A stretch of 22,624 nt of DNA from Candidatus Thorarchaeota archaeon. GTDB taxonomy: Archaea; Asgardarchaeota; Thorarchaeia; Thorarchaeales; Thorarchaeaceae. Positions 17,072 to 22,624 of the stretch are shown piece after piece. How positions within the stretch are numbered: the first letter of the stretch is position 1; each line of letters begins with the position of its first letter. The notes beneath the pieces were generated by a model, which was not told where the DNA came from, did not search any database, and saw only the letters and a list, made by a program, of their open reading frames with translations. The position numbers and the translations under genes are program-made. Where the stretch lies: the NCBI GenBank assembly GCA_004524445.1, contig SDNP01000038.1, forward strand, positions 1 to 22,624. Direction: 5' to 3'.

Positions 17072-18220
17072 CTAGCCTTTTGCACTCCTTTCAACAGGTA
17101 TGTATTCAATGTCCCACCCAAAATGCCGGGGTCCGAATAGCGACAATCCTCTATCGTTTCTCCAACGAACATCATTGGCTATGCCAATCACCTCTACTCG
17201 ACTTCCTCGCGTTAGTTGATCCTCCCAAGGAGTCAGACCCTCTGCGGTTTCAGCATCCACAACACAGATGAGGTCAGGGGATGTTACAAAAGGCACTCCA
17301 TCAAGCCATGAACAAAGGTACTCATTCTTGTACCAAATACGTATCTCTGACTTCTGCGCATCACGGGTGGGTGACACTCCCTCGATGAACACATCGCCTG
17401 TGACAAACCCCCCTGCATCGTCTCGCTTGCACTCTTGGACTTCTCCTGTGAAGAGCCGGTACCCCTTTTCACAATCGATTACTGCATCAACAGGATCGCC
17501 TTTTGATTCCCGCGCATCATGGACCGCCCTTCCAAGATTAACTGAACGGGAAACAGAACCAGGGATTGCCGCTCGCTTCCAATCCGAACCGGATGCAGGA
17601 CACCGAGCCATACCCACTAAACCCCCCGATGCCACAGCAACCTGGCGAGCAATCCTCTCAGCCCTACTATCATCTACCACCTCTTCCAGCATCACAACAT
17701 CGCCAAAAGGAGAAACGATTGACATGGGTGTAATGGATAGTCCTACGAGATTCGTGGTTGAGCTCTCTATCTCCGGTTTTGCTCTACCGCAACAGTCCCC
17801 GTCAATAGTGACAAGACCGAGCTTCGCTGCAGCATACATGGGAGCTACACCATTAGCCGGACCAATCTCCGAGGCAATCAAACCATAGGGTTCCATGTCA
17901 ATGGCTGAGATGAGCCGTTTAGCAGCCAGAATCAACGGGTCCTGCTTGATGCGCTTCAAACCCGCAACCGACTGACGCATTTCTTCTGATACGCCTCCAC
18001 CAACAAGACCAACAATGAACACAAGTTGATTGTCAGGAATATCTTCGAGCGGGGCCACCTCGAATCCATCCCCTGACCCATATATACTCTCAATCTTCTC
18101 TCGAGCATCTGTTTCGCTTCCTCCACCACCGCAGCCCAAGATCTTCGATCCTGTGATGAAGTACTCGAGTTCCTCTCTTGTTAGCACCTGTATTACCCGG
18201 CTGCAATAGTATGTGCACAT
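17072..18220 (-). CDS. DUF917 family protein
   Basis: ILGCGGGG, EIGPANG, DGDCCGRAKPE, AIPGSVSR..LG, LFTGEV, GGFVTG, YKNEYL, PDLI, FGPRHFG..IEYIP. True start may be GTG at 18187. Confidence 0.87.
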   Translation of the reverse strand: MCTYYCSRVIQVLTREELEYFITGSKILGCGGGGSETDAREKIESIYGSGDGFEVAPLEDIPDNQLVFIVGLVGGGVSEEMRQSVAGLKRIKQDPLILAAKRLISAIDMEPYGLIASEIGPANGVAPMYAAAKLGLVTIDGDCCGRAKPEIESSTTNLVGLSITPMSIVSPFGDVVMLEEVVDDSRAERIARQVAVASGGLVGMARCPASGSDWKRAAIPGSVSRSVNLGRAVHDARESKGDPVDAVIDCEKGYRLFTGEVQECKRDDAGGFVTGDVFIEGVSPTRDAQKSEIRIWYKNEYLCSWLDGVPFVTSPDLICVVDAETAEGLTPWEDQLTRGSRVEVIGIANDVRWRNDRGLSLFGPRHFGWDIEYIPVERSAKG

Positions 18221-18394
18221 CTATTTCACGGTTATGCAATTTTCCCGGAGGGAACAGAATGTATCTCACAATTACGAAACCAAATCTGCATACCGATGAA
18301 ATTGAATTGATGAGGAAGAGAACATTCCCGTCTTGAACTATTATTGCTGCTGAGGTCAATTACACTTAAGTTTAGGTTTCAAACTGAGATAGTT

Positions 18395-18784
18395 ATGCAT
18401 AAAGAGAACTACTACAAATGGTTGTTCATTGTCGGGGCTGTATTCAACTGGATCATGGCGGTCTCTTTTCTTGTCGGCAGTGTTGCGGTTCCAGACATAT
18501 TCGCTTTGTTTGGTACTGCTACTCCCCCCACACTTTTCTTCTTACATGCCTTGCTTGGTTTGATATTTGTTTACGGAATCGGCTATTTTATTTTGGGTCT
18601 AGATATCCATAAAAATCGGGGCATTGTATGGCTAGGAGTTTTGAGTAAACTTTCCTTTTTTGGATTTTGCGTGATTTACTTTCTCTTGGGAGATCTGACC
18701 TTCACAATTGTCGCATTTGGTTTATTTGACTTCTTCTTTGCCTGTCTATTCTTGGAGTATATCATAAATTACGACAAATTGTGA
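18395..18784 (+). CDS. Hypothetical membrane protein (about 4 TM)
   Basis: Four hydrophobic segments; ATG at 18395. Confidence 0.8.
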   Translation: MHKENYYKWLFIVGAVFNWIMAVSFLVGSVAVPDIFALFGTATPPTLFFLHALLGLIFVYGIGYFILGLDIHKNRGIVWLGVLSKLSFFGFCVIYFLLGDLTFTIVAFGLFDFFFACLFLEYIINYDKL

Positions 18785-19041
18785 AAAGCAACCTGTTGCT
18801 CAAAATGAGAATGAGAGTCATTGTTTTAGGCTCACCGTTTCTAAGCGATATTATTAGCTGGAATCCTGTCTATTTGGCGGCTCGGGGCTCTCATTCTGGA
18901 TGTCTGTAGGTTTGAGGAGCTCCATTTTGTCCAGCTCACCACCCAGCAAATAAAGTTGAATTTGGACATGAGGATGCTTTGCATCAGCAACCCTCAAAGG
19001 TTTTATTGCAAAAACCAGAGGAATGAACGGAAGGGGTACTT

Positions 19042-19485
19042 TTGCAGACCACTGAAGCGGCGTTAGAAGACGAGTCACCAGCAGAACCACGTAGGTTCTT
19101 GGGTTCTCTGCTCATCTTGGGATTCCTGCAGGTTCTCCGTGGGGTATTCAACTGGTTGTTGTACTCCCGAAATTACAGGTTAGGTCCGCTAGCACCTCCG
19201 GGCATTGATGCTGGAGCGGTCATAAATCCTACTTTTTTGATTCTTGCCTTCACCGATATTGTCTTGATAGTGATGGTGCTCCTCCTCAGTAAACACAGGA
19301 TTGCCTTTTTCGTGCTATTCTTTTTAGATATCCCCTTGGTTCTTGAAATGTTCTGGTTTCGGATTGCCGTGTTTCGTCCGTACGACCGGCTCTCCCTGTG
19401 GTACGGCATTGGCGTTTCTATACTGTCACTCTTTCATCTTGCCGTGTTGCTAAGATTGGATATTGTCCAAACGAAGGAATCCTAA
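19042..19485 (+). CDS. Hypothetical membrane protein (about 4 TM)
   Basis: Four hydrophobic segments; TTG start after GAAGGGG, with TTTTATT upstream. Confidence 0.7.
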   Translation: MQTTEAALEDESPAEPRRFLGSLLILGFLQVLRGVFNWLLYSRNYRLGPLAPPGIDAGAVINPTFLILAFTDIVLIVMVLLLSKHRIAFFVLFFLDIPLVLEMFWFRIAVFRPYDRLSLWYGIGVSILSLFHLAVLLRLDIVQTKES

Positions 19486-19609
19486 AGCACTCAGTGTAAC
19501 TAGATTCGATACCGGCATACTCTCCTACAGCAATCTTAATATTGCAATGCTTGTGGTTGCAGAACAACGGTGCCGCCGTGGCTCAGTCCGGTAGAGCGAC
19601 AGCCTGTTA

Positions 19610-19639
19610 TGCCTCAAAACCCAGTTTTGAGCCGCAGAC
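19610..19639 (+). other. tRNA intron 1 (canonical position 37/38, 30 nt, BHB)
   Basis: Central helix CTGT/GCAG, bulges TA|T and AC|A, intron hairpin CTCAAAAC/GTTTTGAG. Confidence 0.88.
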
Positions 19640-19652
19640 AGTTGTTGGTCGG

Positions 19653-19682
19653 AGTGCAATACATTTCGTACTGTGCGGCCAA
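19653..19682 (+). other. tRNA intron 2 (non-canonical position 50/51 in the T stem, 30 nt, relaxed BHB)
   Basis: Central helix GGTC/GGCC, bulges GG|A and AA|A, intron helix GTGCA/TGTGC plus TAC/GTA. Removal restores GGAGG pairing with CCTCC. Confidence 0.8.
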
Positions 19683-19701
19683 AGGTTCAAACCCTCCCGG
19701 C

Positions 19702-19770
19702 GGCGCTTATTTCGAATTTTAAGCCATTATAGCCCCTTTTTTACAGTTTAAAGCATTATGGGGCGCTTAT
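19702..19770. repeat. Short direct repeats downstream of the tRNA 3' end, including a T6 terminator-like tract
   Basis: GGCGCTTAT at 19702-19710 and 19762-19770. TTTAAGCCATTAT at 19718-19730 versus TTTAAAGCATTAT at 19747-19759. TTTTTT at 19737-19742. Confidence 0.5.
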
Positions 19771-19809
19771 AGCTTCGTATATGATGAGGTTGCTTTTGTC
19801 ATCTTTGAG

Positions 19810-20403
19810 TTATTCATCATTCTCACTATCCAATCTCATAAAGCGCAGTTCTTTTTCCCACGCCCTTCTACTCATTTCTTCTAGTTTCTTCTTGTATTCC
19901 TCGGTCTTCTCATCCTCAGGAACCAAATAATACCATATTTCGTAACCATCATCTGTTGGGACGTATGAAATATCTAGCATATCCGATATCCATGGAACCT
20001 TATCCACTTCGTAGTCTGCATCCTGTAGCTCCTTGAGTGCATCCTCTTCTTTTATTGATCCAAGTCTTCCATTCCCCTCTGATTCATAGAGCATCTTGAG
20101 AAAGGCTTGCTGAACGGAAGAAAGATTCTTGAGTCGCATTCTCTCCTCTTTGCTTGGAATCTTTAAACACCACACTCGTCTATAGCTTGGCAAGTTGTAC
20201 TCGCTCTCAGGATAGGCTACCACCTTTTCCACAATCCAGTGTTCCAATGAATACTCGATTGCTTCCTTAGCGGAAACCTTTGGCGATTCCTCTAGAGTGT
20301 CAAACATTTGGGTCAATCTCTTTTCTACTATGACAAGTGGCATCGGCTCCCGCCCTTTCTCACTCAATAATCCGATAAGATGTTCTATATATTCATCTCT
20401 CAA
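19810..20403 (-). CDS. Hypothetical acidic protein, possibly tandem winged-helix domains
   Basis: 197-aa ORF with two helix-helix-helix/beta-hairpin-like segments and a charged C-terminal helix. The fold call is by eye only and the start is ambiguous. Confidence 0.7.
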   Translation of the reverse strand: MRDEYIEHLIGLLSEKGREPMPLVIVEKRLTQMFDTLEESPKVSAKEAIEYSLEHWIVEKVVAYPESEYNLPSYRRVWCLKIPSKEERMRLKNLSSVQQAFLKMLYESEGNGRLGSIKEEDALKELQDADYEVDKVPWISDMLDISYVPTDDGYEIWYYLVPEDEKTEEYKKKLEEMSRRAWEKELRFMRLDSENDE

Positions 20404-20409
20404 AAAACA

Positions 20410-20754
20410 TCATTCCTCCATCCACCATTTTTGTATCCTTATGCCTCTGCCTTCTAAATCCTGCATTGCATCAAATACCTCTTCTGGATGCTTTGTTAGC
20501 ATCTTTTTCACTATGTTTCTCTTTCTTAGGTCATTTAAGGGTGCCAAAATACCAAGCTTGACCGGTTCATAGAGGTCCTTGGGTACTGCATACCATGCCA
20601 CAGACACTCTCCCTGTTCGCTTATGAAACCGAGTTGTATATGGCTTGATATCAATCTCAATGCCAATAGCCTTCAGCATTCTTCTTCCACTCGTAATCAT
20701 CCGATTTGGATCTCCATGATTTTCTTCTGTAAGGTTCGTGCGGAATCGGCACAA
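20410..20754 (-). CDS. Hypothetical basic protein, probably a 5'-truncated gene remnant
   Basis: 114-aa ORF with no convincing start or SD; the frame stays open for about 18 more codons upstream without a start codon. The C-terminal part reads as globular protein. Confidence 0.5.
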   Translation of the reverse strand: MCRFRTNLTEENHGDPNRMITSGRRMLKAIGIEIDIKPYTTRFHKRTGRVSVAWYAVPKDLYEPVKLGILAPLNDLRKRNIVKKMLTKHPEEVFDAMQDLEGRGIRIQKWWMEE

Positions 20755-20852
20755 TGAATTGCTGCTTTCATACTTAGAAAACGAAATGAAGACCCGATGC
20801 GAGATGCTTTATTAGGCGTCAAAATTAGAAGAGTATTTGGTGGGGACGAAGG

Positions 20853-21104
20853 ATGAATTCAAATCTTACCAATATTGAAGAACTTGGCAAAGCCGTAACA
20901 TTACTCGGATTAGTTTCACTCATCGGTGCGGCTGTGTCATATATTCAGATTATGAACATGGCGCAAACTCTGAAGGACACGGGAGTAGTTACGGATATGA
21001 CTCCTTACTTGTTGCTTACATTGGTACAGCTTGCTTTGGTTGTAGTTTATGCTGTAGTCATCATGCTGGCATACGGGGTAATGAAGAGAGTCAGAAACCA
21101 ATAA
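20853..21104 (+). CDS. Small hypothetical membrane protein (2 TM)
   Basis: 83 aa, two hydrophobic helices, GGTGGGG upstream of the ATG, TTTATTA about 40 nt upstream. Confidence 0.75.
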   Translation: MNSNLTNIEELGKAVTLLGLVSLIGAAVSYIQIMNMAQTLKDTGVVTDMTPYLLLTLVQLALVVVYAVVIMLAYGVMKRVRNQ

Positions 21105-21806
21105 TCAGGACTGAGCGTTTCTTGTGAGTATGACAGTGTAACTAGATGGATTATTGTAGTAGAACTCCCAAAAGTACTCTACATAATTTGGGAGCCCGGT
21201 TGTTCTATTAACCAAACCATATGTAGAAGAGTAATACTGGCCATGACCTGACCCAGGCATTCTCCATTCCCGATACAAGCTATACTCTCCACTGAGCGTT
21301 ATCGTCCCGTTGTATTCATATCGACTCGGGAACTGTCCGCCCTCATATACTATCTCCAATTTGGTATCAAAGAGGGACTCTATGAATGTCCAGTCTCCCA
21401 CTGGAAATATCAAGAAAGATACCAAATTCTCAATCGGCACCTCGCTATGGGAGTGGATATCTGGGCCATCCAGAAAACTTGCATTCACTTTTCTGGGATT
21501 TGCTACCTCTTCTATGAAAACCCTTGGAGTAACGTTGTTGGGAAGATCTGGTAGGCTGAGTATATCAATCACGATTTGAGAATTATTCCAGGGAACCCAA
21601 TTATCTGCTACCTCACTGTTAGCATTATTCACATAGATTATGAAGTCATATATGACAGTGGTATCAGCGATATCCGCCCATTCGAGTTCGTGATTCTTTT
21701 CCTCGATGGGCTCAAGAGGATCATCCACAACGAGAATCGTGATTCCGGATGCGATGATGATAATTGATACAATTACAGCCAGTAGATATTTTCCGCGTTT
21801 CTGCAA
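21105..21806 (-). CDS. Hypothetical membrane-anchored extracellular protein
   Basis: KRGK followed by a TM anchor, then a Tyr/Trp/Asn-rich beta-type domain with several N-x-S/T sequons (NNS, NVT, NAS, NGT, NRT). Likely TTG start at 21806 after GAGGG; the ORF extends to ATG 21845. Confidence 0.78.
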   Translation of the reverse strand: MQKRGKYLLAVIVSIIIIASGITILVVDDPLEPIEEKNHELEWADIADTTVIYDFIIYVNNANSEVADNWVPWNNSQIVIDILSLPDLPNNVTPRVFIEEVANPRKVNASFLDGPDIHSHSEVPIENLVSFLIFPVGDWTFIESLFDTKLEIVYEGGQFPSRYEYNGTITLSGEYSLYREWRMPGSGHGQYYSSTYGLVNRTTGLPNYVEYFWEFYYNNPSSYTVILTRNAQS

Positions 21807-21915
21807 GTCCCTCAATCCACACCAATACTGAGCTGTTATCTCCATATTAGTCTAGGCATCAATTGTAAGTATGGCAATAGCTTTTTGACTAGAAGCCAAT
21901 CATTTTGATGCTGCG

Positions 21916-22624
21916 ATGGAAATGAGAGCAGTCGCCCGAAAGGTTGCATACGTGGTCTTCTGGTATGTCATCTATCTGAACCTCGTATTGTATATCTTCA
22001 TCCCAGTCATCTTCACTCAATTGGAGTATCAGCTTCTCATTCTAAATATGATTGCAACGGGGACTATCGACACTGTTCTTCGTCCCTTGTCTGAGAGGGG
22101 GAGTGCACGGGATAAATACAGCATACTGATGCTAATCCTATTCCTTCTCACGCCATTCCTTTGGATTCTATCTTATTATGAGAATAATCTGATAATTTCC
22201 GCACTCGCCCCTTTTTGGGATGCAGATATCGTCAGTTATGCGGGGCTCATCATCTTCATAGGTGGCAGTGCAATCTCAATTGTGGGAAGAATGCAGTTGA
22301 AATCATTTGGAAGCGGCTGTATAGTTATTGAGGAGAAACATGAACTCGTACAGAGCGGCATCTATTCCAAAATCAGACATCCTATCTATCTGGGTGGTTT
22401 GATTGGTGCTCCTGCCATGCTCTTGGTATTCCGGGCTGTATTGATACCACTTCTAGCGCTCCTAGTCTATTTCGTAGTTCTTCGAGGACGGATGCAGAAA
22501 GAAGAGGAGATATTGAAGGATGAATTCCCCAAGAGTTATGTTTCGGAATGGATGCCGAGAGATACAAGAAATTACAAAGCTGTTTTAAGAGTTTGGGATT
22601 TGAAAGAACAACCTTTAGAAAATG
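21916..22624 (+). CDS. Isoprenylcysteine carboxyl methyltransferase (ICMT/Ste14/PEMT) family membrane protein, 3' partial
   Basis: Absent from the ORF track because it has no stop in the window. Manual translation from ATG 21916 gives several TM helices, then HELVQSGIYSKIRHPIYLG and RMQKEEEILKDEF. Confidence 0.88.
   Translation, partial: MEMRAVARKVAYVVFWYVIYLNLVLYIFIPVIFTQLEYQLLILNMIATGTIDTVLRPLSERGSARDKYSILMLILFLLTPFLWILSYYENNLIISALAPFWDADIVSYAGLIIFIGGSAISIVGRMQLKSFGSGCIVIEEKHELVQSGIYSKIRHPIYLGGLIGAPAMLLVFRAVLIPLLALLVYFVVLRGRMQKEEEILKDEFPKSYVSEWMPRDTRNYKAVLRVWDLKEQPLEN

Larger units (their letters stand above)
19572..19705 (+). tRNA. tRNA-Asn (GTT) with two introns; exons 19572-19609, 19640-19652, 19683-19705
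   Basis: Acceptor stem GCCGCCG/CGGCGGC with discriminator G, D stem GCTC/GAGC, anticodon stem ACAGC/GTTGT with loop CT-GTT-A|A, variable loop TGGTC, T stem GG|AGG/CCTCC with loop TTCAAAC. CCA is not encoded. Confidence 0.92.

Noticed and set aside
2660-17888. Long antisense ORFs (e.g. 2660-3013, 4961-5512, 5540-5905, 11060-11500, 13691-14113, 14755-15273, 17268-17888)
   Set aside because: These are shadows of genes called on the opposite strand, with Ser-rich or atypical composition and no motifs.
15443-18852. 12-bp repeat CTAAGCGATATT at 15443-15454 and 18841-18852
   Set aside because: A 12-mer match is expected by chance in a window of this size.
18854-19090. 78-aa minus-strand ORF
   Set aside because: It overlaps the start and promoter of the 19042 membrane gene and has no motif. 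A decayed gene fragment cannot be excluded.
19542-19751. 69-aa ORF in the ORF track
   Set aside because: It lies over the tRNA-Asn gene and is spurious.
19781-19821. ATGATGA box C-like motifs on both strands (possible C/D sRNA)
   Set aside because: No CTGA box D at a suitable distance. The inverted pair is better explained by the ORF end or a terminator hairpin.
1-22624. CRISPR array, rRNA, transposase or integrase
   Set aside because: No regularly spaced repeats, rRNA-like segments or recombinase motifs were seen.

Overview
Archaeal chromosomal window, probably Asgard (Thorarchaeia-like; this is inferred from gene content and protein style, not from a search). Bases 1-14.7 kb are a dense housekeeping block. 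It holds Trm5, DUF371, Pcm, wHTH-riboflavin kinase, translin, Tyw1, a B12-binding radical SAM protein, a proteasome beta subunit with Thr1 replaced by Ala, NOG1 GTPase, RtcA, NadM, ProRS, a 2-hydroxyacid dehydrogenase, an HhH-MutS-like ATPase and a Vps29/YfcE-like phosphoesterase. Bases 14.7-19.5 kb are accessory: a Cys-rich PadR regulator divergent from an arsenite methyltransferase, a DUF917 gene and small membrane proteins. Between padR and arsM lie two tandem 16-bp palindromic operator-like boxes. At 19572-19705 is a tRNA-Asn(GTT) with two 30-nt BHB introns (canonical 37/38 and non-canonical 50/51). It is followed by short repeats and ORFans that look like a decayed integrated element, and by an ICMT-family gene running off the window end. 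The best candidates for new biology are the PadR(CCxxxCC)/operator/ArsM(3xCC) divergon, a possible non-ArsR arsenic sensor, and the two-intron tRNA.
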